Origin: Cyanobacteria bacterium auto_48_18
GTDB taxonomy: Bacteria; Cyanobacteriota; Vampirovibrionia; Obscuribacterales; Obscuribacteraceae
Assembly: GCA_036170915.1 (NCBI GenBank)
Contig: JAVHQC010000033.1
Span: forward strand, 256,001-320,000
DNA length: 64,000 nucleotides
Reading direction: 5' to 3'
The translations under genes were made by a program, and so were the position numbers. The notes under the pieces are model-generated. The model worked only from the letters and a program-made list of their open reading frames with translations, made no database searches and was not told where the DNA came from. Positions 19,627 to 30,116 of the stretch are shown one piece after another (positions within the stretch are counted from its first letter, which is position 1; the number at the start of each line of letters is the position of its first letter).

Positions 19627-20421
19627 CTAATCGGGTATCAAGCTTGATTGACCCGATTCTGTTAGATAGGCACGAAACTCTTCTTTGTAGTTAAAAGTGC
19701 CGCCTGGCGACTGATCTTGTGCAACGAATGGACTTGTGTGCAACAGGTTGACCTCAAGCTTTTTTGGCTTGCGCGTGATTGCTTTGCCGTCTTGGTCATA
19801 GCGCATTTGCAGACTATGCTCGACTACTTTGCCGCTTGACGCAGGCTGCAGCTCCTGTTCTTCGGTGCGTTTTTCCGCGCGAAGAATTTTATGAGTTTCG
19901 TCATCAACGGTAATTGCTGTATAACGAATCAAGCAGCGAAAACTATCTGGTTGCGAATCAAGCACCTGATAGTCTTCAAAAATATCGAAGTCGGTAGCTC
20001 CTTGAGTTTTTACACGAGCATAATTAGGAATAATTACGGCGTCCCAAACTGCGCCTGTTTTGTCGGCCTGCAGTCCACGAGTTGATTTTGTCTCGTTTTT
20101 GCTTTCAACAGATCTGAGCATAATTGTCTGCTTCAGTGTTTTTGCTTCGAAGCCGCCGGTGAGCCAATCAGGCAGCTTGTACCATGATTTGATTTTGTGA
20201 TTACCAGGCAAAAGATCTTCAGAAAAAGTTGAGCCAATGCGAAAACGCTCTTGCACCGGTGCTACTCGCTCTTCGATACCACCTTGCAATACCTGCGCCG
20301 ACGCAGTTTGTACATAATTTGGCAGATAATTTGAACTGAGCAAAATTATTGCCAGCACTGTGAGGTGAATTTTGTCTGGCCAGCTAATATTTAGCTTTAA
20401 CTTTGACTTTGTCATGGGCAA
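19627..20421 (-). CDS. Exported hypothetical protein, WYxIPxW family paralog B
   Basis: WYKLPDWLTG, RGLQADKTGAVW, NYKEEFRAYL...SLIP. Confidence 0.8.
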   Translation of the reverse strand: MPMTKSKLKLNISWPDKIHLTVLAIILLSSNYLPNYVQTASAQVLQGGIEERVAPVQERFRIGSTFSEDLLPGNHKIKSWYKLPDWLTGGFEAKTLKQTIMLRSVESKNETKSTRGLQADKTGAVWDAVIIPNYARVKTQGATDFDIFEDYQVLDSQPDSFRCLIRYTAITVDDETHKILRAEKRTEEQELQPASSGKVVEHSLQMRYDQDGKAITRKPKKLEVNLLHTSPFVAQDQSPGGTFNYKEEFRAYLTESGQSSLIPD

Positions 20422-20519
20422 AATTATACTCGGGAAAAAGCCGCTACCTGTCCTATCCTTTCCCCTATGTTATTTAATCTTGGTAACCCTGATAATCAAG
20501 CCTGTAGAGAAACTCCCAG

Positions 20520-20550
20520 TAAAAGTTCCGCCTCGCCAGCGGAGCTTTTA
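20520..20550. terminator. Hairpin with A/T tails, possible bidirectional terminator
   Basis: TAAAAGTTCCGC-ctcgcca-GCGGAGCTTTTA. Confidence 0.55.
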
Positions 20551-20566
20551 TTGTTTTTGTGGTGTA

Positions 20567-20603
20567 GAAAAGCAGAGCGCCAATTGAATTGATTGGCGCT
20601 CTG
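20567..20603 (-). terminator. Rho-independent terminator of the Spy/CpxP gene
   Basis: Perfect 12-bp stem CAGAGCGCCAAT/ATTGGCGCTCTG followed by CTTTT on the minus strand, about 60 bp after the stop. Confidence 0.7.
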
Positions 20604-20662
20604 TTGCGTATCGAGTCAGTCAAAATCACTGAGTATCAAGGGCGCCTCGACACGACACTACA

Positions 20663-21196
20663 CTACGATTTTTGCATGCGTTTTTCACCGCCATGCTTTT
20701 TGCCCCAGTTAGCCTGCATATCGCGCATCTGTTTACGTTGCTCGGGTGTGAGGTTTTCACTCATATCAATGCGGAATGCCAGCATGGAATTGGCCATATC
20801 AGCAGACAAAGCATTGATTTTGTCTTGCTCTTGTTGCACTGCACTGCGATCGATTTTGTCGCTGCTGAGCAGTTCTCTGAGGGCCTTGCGATGGGTCATC
20901 AGTTCTTCTTTTTTCGGGCTGACTGATGCTTTGAATTTCGTCTTCAAAGAATCCATGGCAGTTTTTTGCTCTTCAGTCAGATTCAAGGCCTGCAAGCGGC
21001 TACCTTTCCCGGCACCGCCTTTATGACCGTGTCCGCCTTTCCAGCCGTGGCGTCTTCCACCACCACCCTGGCATTCTTTAGTCTCTGTTTGCACTTTGGT
21101 TTCAGCAATTGTGGTATCGCTGGCCTGAGCAAGTGCTGGCAAGAAGGCTGTAGCTAACGATAGGCACAGTGTGCTAAAGGCAATTGATTTTTTCAT
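20663..21196 (-). CDS. Spy/CpxP family periplasmic chaperone
   Basis: Signal peptide, Gly/His-rich segment, two LTxEQ motifs (LTEEQK, LTPEQR). Confidence 0.85.
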   Translation of the reverse strand: MKKSIAFSTLCLSLATAFLPALAQASDTTIAETKVQTETKECQGGGGRRHGWKGGHGHKGGAGKGSRLQALNLTEEQKTAMDSLKTKFKASVSPKKEELMTHRKALRELLSSDKIDRSAVQQEQDKINALSADMANSMLAFRIDMSENLTPEQRKQMRDMQANWGKKHGGEKRMQKS

Positions 21197-21474
21197 TGCT
21201 TAAATTCCTTATTCTCTTTTACTTCGATTTTTGATTGCGCCCTCGCTTTTGCTTTCGATTGTTTTTTCAATCTTCAATTGCGAGGTACATTACTGTTAAC
21301 GTAATTTGGCCGCAAAAAGTTCAATCAAAAGGCAAAAAGTTTTATTAACTCTTGACTAAACAGTTGAGCTTGATTCCAAATGCCTCACGGTTTCTGTTTT
21401 GAGGGCAAATCACCTGCTTCTTCACTCTAGTGTGAGAGCATAAGCGTGACCGACCACGGCAGAGGCGGATAGAT

Positions 21475-21828
21475 ATGACCAACTTATTAAGGCTGCTTTA
21501 TGGCGCAATCCTAATTATTATGATCGCCCTGGCAGTATGGGCGTCGTTGCAAGAAAGTATTCTGGCGATACCACCAGTAGTGACCCGTGATCCCTGGTTC
21601 ATCGGCACACTGGCAGATTGCTATTTCTCGTCGGTCACATTTATTCTATGGGTCTGCTATCGCGAAGAAAGTTTGCCAGCAAGACTCTTCTGGTTCCTGG
21701 CAATCTCGACCACAGGTAATATTGCCATGGCCATCTATGTACTTATAGCCCTGATGCAGCTTAAGCCTGGTGAGAGCGCCGCCACCCTCTTTACCAGGCG
21801 TAAAAATGAAACAACTGAACCGGGTTAA
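21475..21828 (+). CDS. DUF1475-like small membrane protein
   Basis: PWFIGTLADCY, WVCYRE, GNIA motifs; 3-4 TM segments. Confidence 0.7.
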   Translation: MTNLLRLLYGAILIIMIALAVWASLQESILAIPPVVTRDPWFIGTLADCYFSSVTFILWVCYREESLPARLFWFLAISTTGNIAMAIYVLIALMQLKPGESAATLFTRRKNETTEPG

Positions 21829-21876
21829 ACCAGATTCAGTTGCTTCAATTGATTTAGGGTCTTACTCAGAGACTAC

Positions 21877-22344
21877 TTAATGACAGACATTAATGCCGCG
21901 CTTTGACAGATATTTTTGATGATATTCTTCAGCATCATAAAATGGTTTAGCGGCTGTAATTTCAGTGACAATAGGATTTTGAAAAACCCCTTTTTTGTCT
22001 AGTTCGGCTTTGATTTCTGCTGCCAATTTTTCTTGCTCAGGCGAATGAAAATATACAGCTGAGCGGTACTGGCTGCCGTGGTCTGGGCCCTGACGGTTCA
22101 AAGTAGTTGGGTCATGCATTTCAAAAAACTTGTGCAAAAGTTCTTGATATGTAATCACCGCCGGATCAAAAATCACTTCTACAACTTCAGCATGGCCTGT
22201 GTTTTTACCGCAAACCTGCTCATAAGTCGGATTTTCAGTATGACCGCCGCTGTATCCCACTTTTGTTTCTGTGACGCCTTTGAGTTGACGAAAGTTTTCT
22301 TCAACTCCCCAGAAACATCCGGCGCCGAAAGTAGCTTTTTCCAT
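21877..22344 (-). CDS. msrA: Peptide-methionine (S)-S-oxide reductase
   Basis: [21 protein letters not shown] motifs. Confidence 0.96.
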   Translation of the reverse strand: MEKATFGAGCFWGVEENFRQLKGVTETKVGYSGGHTENPTYEQVCGKNTGHAEVVEVIFDPAVITYQELLHKFFEMHDPTTLNRQGPDHGSQYRSAVYFHSPEQEKLAAEIKAELDKKGVFQNPIVTEITAAKPFYDAEEYHQKYLSKRGINVCH

Positions 22345-22358
22345 TGTGTACGACCTCC

Positions 22359-24305
22359 CTAAACTACTTCAGCATCAACTACATCATCGCCGGAGCTTGA
22401 GCTAGACCCAGAGCCGGTACTCGATGAACTTGAGCTGCCTGAACCACCTGATGCGGAAGCGCCGGCAGACGAACCACCAGCAGTGGCGCCAACAGGTTCT
22501 CTACTTTTTGCTTCGGCTTCTTGTTGAATCGCTACAAACAAATTGCGCAGTTCTTCAATCGCTTTTTTCAGTGAGTCATTGTCTACATTGTCTTTGACTT
22601 TTTGACGCACGTCGGCAATCAGCTTGTTCGCTTTTTCTTTATTCTCATCGCTGTTGGCTGCGCCATTGTCGGCAATGTGTTTTTCAACTGCATAAGTGAG
22701 AGCGTCAGCGTCGTTGCGCATCTCAGCTTTTTCTTTGAAAAGCTCGTCCTCTTTAACGTGCGACTCGGCTTCCTTGACCATGCGATCAATATCTTCTTTT
22801 GTCAGGTTAGTGGTAGCAGTAATGGTGATTTTCTGCTCTTTGCCTGTGGTCTGATCTTTGGCAGTTACGGAGACAATACCGTTGGCGTCAATGTCGAATG
22901 AAACTTCGATTTTGGCTTGTCCTCGGCGACCGGGTGCAATGCCGTCGAGAATAAAATTACCGAGCATTTTATTGTCGCGAGCCATGGCGCGTTCGCCCTG
23001 GAAGACCTGTACATCAACGTTTGGTTGATTGTCTTCTGCGGTGGAGAATACTTGCGATTTGTGAGTTGGAATAGTGGTGTTTTTCTCTACCAGTTTGGTG
23101 AAGACACCACCCATGGTTTCAATACCAAGTGACAACGGAGTGACGTCCAGCAAAACAATTTCTTTCACTTCGCCAGCCAGAACACCTGCTTGAACAGCAG
23201 CACCGATTGCCACCACTTCGTCAGGGTTTACACTCTGGTTTGGTTCTTTGCCACCAGTCAAACTCTTAACCAGATCTTTGACTGCCGGAATACGAGTAGA
23301 GCCGCCTACCAATACCACTTCTTCAATTTGTTCATAAGTCAGCTTCGCATCGGCCAGAGCTTGTTCCACTGGTTTCTTACAACGCTGCACCAGATCTCTA
23401 GTGAGGTCGTTGAAGCGAGCGCGAGTCAACTTCATATCTAAGTGTTTTGGGCCGGTTTCGTTAGCGGTGACGAAAGGCAATGAAATTGAGGTTTCAGTCA
23501 CTGACGATAGTTCGATTTTGGCTTTCTCAGCAGCTTCCATCAATCTTTGCAAAGCTTGGGGATCTTTGCGCAGATCAATTCCTTCAGCAGATTTGAATTC
23601 TGTCGCCAGCCATTCCACAACCATGTGGTCAAAATCGTCACCACCAAGGTGAGTGTCACCAGAGGTAGATTTAACTTCAAAAAGGCCGTCGCCTACTTCT
23701 AAAACTGAAACGTCGAATGTGCCACCACCCAAGTCGAAGACTAAAATGGTTTCATTCTTTTTGCGGTCTAAGCCGTAAGCCAGAGCCGCTGCGGTGGGTT
23801 CGTTGATGATGCGCAGCACTTCGAGGCCGGCGATTTGTCCGGCGTTTTTAGTCGCCTGACGCTGTGAATCGTTGAAGTATGCGGGCACGGTAATCACTGC
23901 GCCGGTTACTTTTTCACCCAAATATTTTTCAGCATCTTCTTTCAATTTCCGCAAAATCATGGCTGAAATTTCTTCAGGGCTATAATCTTTTCCGCCCAAC
24001 ACAACTTTGCAGCCGCCTTCTGGGCCTTCTTTGACTTTGTATGAAATATTTTGCAACTCAGAGGCCACTTCAGAATAGTGTCTGCCCATGAAGCGCTTGA
24101 TTGAATAAACAGTGTTTTGCGGATTGACAACTGCCTGGCGACGGGCCAACTGCCCTACCAGCCTCTCTCCACCTTTGCTGATGGCAACTACCGATGGGGT
24201 AGTGCGAGCTCCTTCAGTATTGGCTATCACGGTTGGCTGGCCGCCTTCCATAACCGCTACAACTGAGTTGGTGGTGCCTAAGTCGATTCCTACTGCCTTG
24301 CCCAT
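22359..24305 (-). CDS. dnaK: Chaperone DnaK (Hsp70)
   Basis: [33 protein letters not shown]; Gly/Ser tail ending DDVVDAEVV. Confidence 0.98.
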   Translation of the reverse strand: MGKAVGIDLGTTNSVVAVMEGGQPTVIANTEGARTTPSVVAISKGGERLVGQLARRQAVVNPQNTVYSIKRFMGRHYSEVASELQNISYKVKEGPEGGCKVVLGGKDYSPEEISAMILRKLKEDAEKYLGEKVTGAVITVPAYFNDSQRQATKNAGQIAGLEVLRIINEPTAAALAYGLDRKKNETILVFDLGGGTFDVSVLEVGDGLFEVKSTSGDTHLGGDDFDHMVVEWLATEFKSAEGIDLRKDPQALQRLMEAAEKAKIELSSVTETSISLPFVTANETGPKHLDMKLTRARFNDLTRDLVQRCKKPVEQALADAKLTYEQIEEVVLVGGSTRIPAVKDLVKSLTGGKEPNQSVNPDEVVAIGAAVQAGVLAGEVKEIVLLDVTPLSLGIETMGGVFTKLVEKNTTIPTHKSQVFSTAEDNQPNVDVQVFQGERAMARDNKMLGNFILDGIAPGRRGQAKIEVSFDIDANGIVSVTAKDQTTGKEQKITITATTNLTKEDIDRMVKEAESHVKEDELFKEKAEMRNDADALTYAVEKHIADNGAANSDENKEKANKLIADVRQKVKDNVDNDSLKKAIEELRNLFVAIQQEAEAKSREPVGATAGGSSAGASASGGSGSSSSSSTGSGSSSSSGDDVVDAEVV

Positions 24306-24492
24306 AGCTCTTAACTCCGTTGTTGACCCTAATTCTCAAAAGTTCGCCGCTCCCAGGTAAAACCGGGAGCCTCTAATGTCAGACTATTGAACTGGCAGCT
24401 CAATGTGCCAAAACTCTAGTTTTCTTTAATCATCTTTCGCAGTATTAAACCGGTTGAGTAGAATTGGCACTCAGCTCTGCGACAATGAAGAA

Positions 24493-25653
24493 ATGGGAAA
24501 CTCTGGATTTAATAAACTGCAGATAGTGCTAATGATGAGCCTTCTGGCCGTTTTGTGGCTGGCGAGCGGCGGTGCCGCCGAGGCAGCGTCAAAATTGCCG
24601 CCAAAAAAGACAATCATCGATGATCCGTCAGCGAAGCCGGTGCAGCCTGCTTCAGGCGGAAAAGTGATCACTGATCCCACCACTCAAGTTGTGCTGGCGC
24701 CTGGTCTAGAAGTCACTTTCCATATATTTGACGGCCTCGACACTCAGTGGCGTCTCGTTGGTAACTACGATTTTGTCGCGCGTATAGAAGAAGCCGGCCG
24801 CGACGGCTTCATTTACGAATGGCAGATGGGTGATCCGGCCGACGCATCTGGCTCGAGGCGGGTAGAGCCGGGTGATGTGCATCAGTCGCGTAAAGTCAGT
24901 CTCTTTTACCCGAAGCACGAGACCACTACTCTGGTGGGTTACACCAATGCCATCAGAATCTCTGACGCACTCTTCAAAGATCTGAAAGCAGGCAGACGTT
25001 CTGAGTTTTCGCTGGACGGTCCCGAAAGCGTCATGGTTTTGCATCAAGAGTCAGTGCCTGTGCCTCGATACATCAAAGGTGATGGGGAAGAAACCATCAA
25101 TATGCGCATTGATGGCAAAGACGAACCGGTGCGCTGCATCAAGGCCACTTGCGACAATGGTTGGAATTATTGGGTGCTGGATAATCCCCGCTTTCCATTG
25201 ATGGTGCAGGGTAATGCGCCTTTTCGCTGGGTCACTTCACTCAGTCACGCTTATGGTGAAAGCGACGCCACCAAAGAGGCGAAGCATATTTTTGATCAGC
25301 TCAAAGACGGTGGTGTAGCCACTTCTTATTTGATTTTGTTCGATTTTGATTCGGCGCAACTGCGCGATTCTTCCAAAGCAATTTTGCGCTCGCTCAGTCA
25401 CTATATTGCTGGTGAGCCTAAGCTTAAATTGCAGGTAGAAGGCCATACATGCACCATTGGCAGCTACAACTACAATATGAACCTGTCGCAGAAACGGGCC
25501 GAATCTGTCACCCGCTTCTTGGTGCAGAATTGCGGTATTGCGCCAGGCCGCCTCAAGTCTGTGGGCTTCGGCTTTACTAAACCGGAAAAGCCAAATACCA
25601 ACGAAGCTAACCGCGCCAGAAACCGCCGGGTAATTTTCAGACAGTTTAACTAG
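24493..25653 (+). CDS. OmpA-family peptidoglycan-binding domain protein
   Basis: C-terminal ILFDFDSAQL, VEGHT, NLSQKRAESV, NRRV; ATG 24493 preferred over TTG 24454. Confidence 0.85.
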   Translation: MGNSGFNKLQIVLMMSLLAVLWLASGGAAEAASKLPPKKTIIDDPSAKPVQPASGGKVITDPTTQVVLAPGLEVTFHIFDGLDTQWRLVGNYDFVARIEEAGRDGFIYEWQMGDPADASGSRRVEPGDVHQSRKVSLFYPKHETTTLVGYTNAIRISDALFKDLKAGRRSEFSLDGPESVMVLHQESVPVPRYIKGDGEETINMRIDGKDEPVRCIKATCDNGWNYWVLDNPRFPLMVQGNAPFRWVTSLSHAYGESDATKEAKHIFDQLKDGGVATSYLILFDFDSAQLRDSSKAILRSLSHYIAGEPKLKLQVEGHTCTIGSYNYNMNLSQKRAESVTRFLVQNCGIAPGRLKSVGFGFTKPEKPNTNEANRARNRRVIFRQFN

Positions 25654-25755
25654 TCACTTTTATTGGGCATGTTTTGGTAACTACGTAGTTTCCCCACTGA
25701 CGTTGCTCAAGGTCGCCCTTACTATGTCTTTAACGACTTATATATAAGGTTTCTG

Positions 25756-27456
25756 ATGCCTCTCGACTCGCTTCAACCTGAATCTAAGAACTTCGAAGGG
25801 GTCAAGCCGGTGGGCGCTACCAGCCAGGCTGAGGGCGATTCACTCAGTAACAAGGTGATGCGTGAATTAGACTTGCTCGCTGGAGCCGGATCTGGTTTCG
25901 TGCAGGAAGCCAAACGCGCGGCAGAGAATCCTGGTGAAACTAGCTTGAAAGTAGCTGGTTCAGCTGCTCTTGGTTTTGGGCTGGCGGTGGTCACTCGCAA
26001 ACCAGGCATGATTGGTTTGGCTGCTAAAAGTTTTGGCATCGCTGGTGGAGTGGCATTTGGTGCCGAGGTGCTTACTCACGGTGCTGATGTCAGTCAAGCC
26101 GTTCGTTCCAGCTGGCAATCAGGTGCTCAGCAGGAAGCAAACAAGAAAATCGTAGGCAGTTCTGCCGGCGCATTTCTCTTTGACACCACTTTAATGGGTG
26201 TGGCGGGAAGTGCCGGGGCAATCGGCTCGCGCTCATACTTTGTGCGCCAGGCCAATGCCAAAGTGGATATTCCAGTGATGGCACTTGGTGAAGAAGCTGC
26301 CATCGGTAACAGATTAACCGTGCCCAAACACAGTGATGTGGCCAAGCTTTACTCTGATATGTCAGGCAGAATTGGTCGTGTTGAGTCCATGTCCTTAAAT
26401 TATGACGGTCCATCTGGTAAATTCGGCACCGCATTTTCTATTGGCAAAGATGGCAAGATGGTCACCAATAGTCACGTCGTTAAAGACGCAGTTGAGGTGA
26501 CTGTTTTCGATCGCTTCGGCCAGGGCCACAGAGCTGACGTTGTTAAGGCCAACGATTTTGAAGATCTGGCACTGCTGCAGTTGAAAGATCCAAAAGCTGC
26601 TACTAACTTTGAGGCTGTTCGAATTGGCAGCTCAGATGTAGTCAAGCAAAATGTCGCCGGCGAAGCGCTTTACACAGTTGGTTTTCCTAATGGCTGGCAG
26701 AAACCATTTTTATCTCCCGGCGCGACGATGAAGTTACCTCGAGTTGATCCGCTTAGTCCGCGCGTCGGCATACACTCTGAAACTGGTAATTCTGGTGGTC
26801 CAATTATTGATGCCAAAGGCAATCTGGTTGGTGTGCTCAAGCAAGCTGAGCGATCAAATTCGAATGTTACTTATATGACTCCAGCTGAGCGAGTCACTGC
26901 CCTGATTTCAGACACTAAAGGCATAATTAAGCCACCTGAGCAGATATCACCTGTGGTGACAAAGCAACGTTACGATATTACCGATGGTGAAGCGGCGGCT
27001 AAAAATGTTGAGAAAATTTTTCCTCTAGAAAAGCGAGTTGGTGGCACGGATCAATTTTTCCACTCTAGAATCACGCGCGTTTTAGTGCCCGGCAAAACAA
27101 ACCTTGAAGAACTTATGCTGCGCAGCCAGTATCAACCTCACAACCGCACCATTGTTGTTGAACCTTTTGCGCTTAACGGCAAACCACTGGCCACAGACGT
27201 GGTCTGGCCTGGTACTAAAGTTCCAATCAGTTCGGGCAAGTTGACTTTAAGCCTCGATCGCAATCAAGTGCCTACTTCCATGGAAGCGATTAACGATCCT
27301 AAAATGTTTTTGCGCAGAGCCTTTGATTTCAAAAGCAGCGGAAATTATCTGGCTGGTCTAGAGCCCAGTGCACGTCCTGCTACGGCCGGCTCGCTCATGC
27401 AAAAATCGAAGGACCGCATACTGCAGTGGTTGGAAGGCAGCGTTTACACCCGCTAA
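25756..27456 (+). CDS. Trypsin-like serine protease with hydrophobic Gly/Ala-rich N-terminal region
   Basis: Triad motifs TNSHVV, EDLALL, GNSGGP; no recognisable PDZ. Confidence 0.8.
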   Translation: MPLDSLQPESKNFEGVKPVGATSQAEGDSLSNKVMRELDLLAGAGSGFVQEAKRAAENPGETSLKVAGSAALGFGLAVVTRKPGMIGLAAKSFGIAGGVAFGAEVLTHGADVSQAVRSSWQSGAQQEANKKIVGSSAGAFLFDTTLMGVAGSAGAIGSRSYFVRQANAKVDIPVMALGEEAAIGNRLTVPKHSDVAKLYSDMSGRIGRVESMSLNYDGPSGKFGTAFSIGKDGKMVTNSHVVKDAVEVTVFDRFGQGHRADVVKANDFEDLALLQLKDPKAATNFEAVRIGSSDVVKQNVAGEALYTVGFPNGWQKPFLSPGATMKLPRVDPLSPRVGIHSETGNSGGPIIDAKGNLVGVLKQAERSNSNVTYMTPAERVTALISDTKGIIKPPEQISPVVTKQRYDITDGEAAAKNVEKIFPLEKRVGGTDQFFHSRITRVLVPGKTNLEELMLRSQYQPHNRTIVVEPFALNGKPLATDVVWPGTKVPISSGKLTLSLDRNQVPTSMEAINDPKMFLRRAFDFKSSGNYLAGLEPSARPATAGSLMQKSKDRILQWLEGSVYTR

Positions 27457-27470
27457 TTGTTTTTTGCAAA

Positions 27471-28319
27471 TTATAGCTGAGCGCGCACGATCGTCCAGGC
27501 TCTTTCAAACAAGCGCTCTTGCAGGTCTTCTTGCCTTATCAGCACCAGTGTTTCACTGACCGGATGCGCACTGCCAAACAGCATCTTCTCATCGATGCGC
27601 GCAAGCAGTAACCATTCTTTAGCGTCTGAAAGCAAATGCGAGTAGTGTGGATCGGCAGCGCGAGCACTGTTGTACGAAATGCCGTTGAAGGCAAAAGCGC
27701 AAGTTTCTTGCAATTGCCTGAAGTCTGCCACATTACTGCCGAATAATTGGGCTGGACATTTCGACAGCGAATTGAATGCTTTAATCCAGTTATCCACTTC
27801 TTTTTGCAAATCGAAAGGCATGTTTAAGCTTGATTTGAGTTCGCTTGCGCTATTGCTTATGGTCCAGGTTAAGCCAGCCTCGAAAGCATATGGCTCCAGT
27901 TGAAGATTGTCAGGGTGAGCTGTGCGCACCGCACTTTTGCGATCACTCTCTTTGATGTAGCTGACGGAGAAACCTTTGCGATCTTTACTGTTTAAAGTTG
28001 CTGCTGCAGCTGAGCGAAAAATTGTAATCAATCCGTCTTTTGGCGCTCGTTCGTGCACCTCCGGCACAGCCGCAAGGTCAAACTGTGCCAGAAAGATCAT
28101 GGGCTGATTGTAGCGGTCGTCAGGCCACTGAAAAAACGAGGGAAGTAACGGTTCGCCACCAATTGTGCCCTGGGTAAAATCTTCTGTCTCTTTGGTGCAA
28201 ACAAGCCCCAGAGTTTTTACTCTACTGGCCGAAATATACTGGCGAATTTGATCCGCTTCGTTTTCAGGAAGACGTGATGTAATTTTGACCAGGCTTTCGG
28301 CCAGTTCTTCAACGTTCAT
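27471..28319 (-). CDS. DUF1963/YwqG-like protein
   Basis: IGGEPLLP..WP, PMIFLAQFDL, IRQEDLQERLFERAW; start moved to MNVEEL. Confidence 0.7.
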   Translation of the reverse strand: MNVEELAESLVKITSRLPENEADQIRQYISASRVKTLGLVCTKETEDFTQGTIGGEPLLPSFFQWPDDRYNQPMIFLAQFDLAAVPEVHERAPKDGLITIFRSAAAATLNSKDRKGFSVSYIKESDRKSAVRTAHPDNLQLEPYAFEAGLTWTISNSASELKSSLNMPFDLQKEVDNWIKAFNSLSKCPAQLFGSNVADFRQLQETCAFAFNGISYNSARAADPHYSHLLSDAKEWLLLARIDEKMLFGSAHPVSETLVLIRQEDLQERLFERAWTIVRAQL

Positions 28320-28384
28320 CTCAAGACGCCTTCTGCTACCATTGATATCATCATGTCTATTTAAGCAATAACCAAGGGTCCACA

Positions 28385-28903
28385 ATGTTAGATAAACTCA
28401 TTTCTATAACAAATTTCAATGGCGCTGCTTCAGCACTAGCCATCATAATTTTCTTTGCCAGCATCTCGGCCGCACACGCTGTGCCTGCTTCGACTTTAAA
28501 AAATGCTGCCACAAATTCGGCCAAGACCAAAACTATGCCTGCCAAAGTTGAAGCTGCAACTGCGCCAGTCAAGGCCGCAGGCACAGTTGAAGCGCCTAAC
28601 TCAATGACGTGGACAGGCTATCTGGTTGACCGCTCATGCGCTGCTGCCATTCAAGGTGACAAGAAAGATGCCATGAAAAGTGTTAAAGAGCACACAAAAG
28701 CTTGCTCTCTAGAACCTTCTTGTTGTGAAGCGGGCTTTTCAATTTACAGTCAGGGCGCGTGGCTTGATCTTGACAATGGCAGCTCCCAGATGGCCAAGAA
28801 AATAATGCAGGCAACCAAGCGTGATAAAGCTCACGTTGTCAAAGTAGTGGGAATTATCAAACGCGGTGAAGTCAGAGCATCGAGCATCGTTGAAGTAAAT
28901 TAG
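28385..28903 (+). CDS. Exported hypothetical protein with Cys/His motif
   Basis: Signal peptide, GYLVDRSC...HTKAC...CC. Confidence 0.65.
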   Translation: MLDKLISITNFNGAASALAIIIFFASISAAHAVPASTLKNAATNSAKTKTMPAKVEAATAPVKAAGTVEAPNSMTWTGYLVDRSCAAAIQGDKKDAMKSVKEHTKACSLEPSCCEAGFSIYSQGAWLDLDNGSSQMAKKIMQATKRDKAHVVKVVGIIKRGEVRASSIVEVN

Positions 28904-28922
28904 CTTAGCGGCGGCATTTTGA

Positions 28923-30116
28923 TTAGCTGCTTGTTTTTTCACTTTCACCACGGATGGTGACAATACCCTGGCCTGCCGCCCAGGCCGATACATCACCTTT
29001 GTTGATGGCGACAGCCATTAATTCAGGAAATTTATCGGGTGTACATGCAAAAGCGGGTATACCCATTTGACAAAATTGTGCCGCGTGATGGTGATCAAAG
29101 GCCGGCGCGCCCTGATCGTTCAAGGCCAGCAGAGCCACGACTTTTACACCGGCGTTGACCAGGGCGTAAACGCGCTTCAGCATTTCTTGGGCATTGCCGC
29201 CTTCAAAAAGATCGCTGATTAAAATCAAGACCGTATCTGTTGGTCTGCGCACAAGAGTTTGTGCGTAAGCCACCGCCCGGTTAATATCGGTGCCACCACC
29301 CAGTTGCGTGCCAAAAATTACTTCTACAGGGTCGGCCAGTTTTTCGGTTAAATCTACAACTGAGGTATCAAAGACAACCATTTTGGTGGAAAGTGCCGGA
29401 AGCGAGGCCAGGACGGCCGCAAAAATACTTGAGTAAACAACTGAAGTGGCCATAGAACCACTTTGATCTACAAGCAAAATTATGTCTTTCAGGCTTGAGC
29501 GCTTATGACCATAGCCGACTAATCTTTGTGGAATGATCGTTTTTAGATTGGGCTGATAGTGTTTTAAATTGATTTGAATTGTTCTCGACCAGTTAATTTC
29601 ATTGTGTCTGGGGCGGAAATTTTTCATAGATCGATTGACTGCGCCCATAATCGATTGCCTGGTAGGATTGGCCAGCCGAGCCATTAATTGGTCGACCACT
29701 TGCCGTACCACCATGCGCGCTGTCTCTTTCGTTTTGTTGGGCATGGCTGAACCGAGGGCAGCAAGCGTCGCCACTAAGTTGACATCAGGCACCATCGACG
29801 ACAATAGCTCTGGTTCAAGCAGCATGCGTTTAAGATTGAGTTTTTCCAGGGCGTCTTTTTGCATTATGGTGACAACAGACGAGGGGAAATATTTGCGAAT
29901 GTCTCCTAGCCAGCGTGCCACTTTAGGGCTCGAGCTGCCGAGATCGGCGCCTCTTTCTCCGCCGTCATCTTCGCGCGGATTGTAGAGTGCCGACAAAGTC
30001 GCATCAATGGCGGCATCGTCACCGGCTAGGCTGTGTTGCATTCCTTCTTTATCCTGGCTACCGAGCAGCAGTCTCCAGCGTCTCAGCCTTTCTTCCAGTT
30101 CAGCCTGGTCGCTCAT
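28923..30116 (-). CDS. vWA domain protein (YehP/CoxE-like)
   Basis: RRWRLLLG, MIDAS DQSGS, GGGTDI, LISDLFEG. Confidence 0.9.
   Translation of the reverse strand: MSDQAELEERLRRWRLLLGSQDKEGMQHSLAGDDAAIDATLSALYNPREDDGGERGADLGSSSPKVARWLGDIRKYFPSSVVTIMQKDALEKLNLKRMLLEPELLSSMVPDVNLVATLAALGSAMPNKTKETARMVVRQVVDQLMARLANPTRQSIMGAVNRSMKNFRPRHNEINWSRTIQINLKHYQPNLKTIIPQRLVGYGHKRSSLKDIILLVDQSGSMATSVVYSSIFAAVLASLPALSTKMVVFDTSVVDLTEKLADPVEVIFGTQLGGGTDINRAVAYAQTLVRRPTDTVLILISDLFEGGNAQEMLKRVYALVNAGVKVVALLALNDQGAPAFDHHHAAQFCQMGIPAFACTPDKFPELMAVAINKGDVSAWAAGQGIVTIRGESEKTSS

Noticed and set aside
24392..24412. Sigma54 promoter for dnaK (TGGCAC...)
   Set aside because: GG-to-GC spacing is off by one base from the strict -24/-12 requirement.
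24464..24490. CIRCE element upstream of dnaK
   Set aside because: Only one half-site (TTGGCACTC); the position 9 bp further reads ACAATGAAG.
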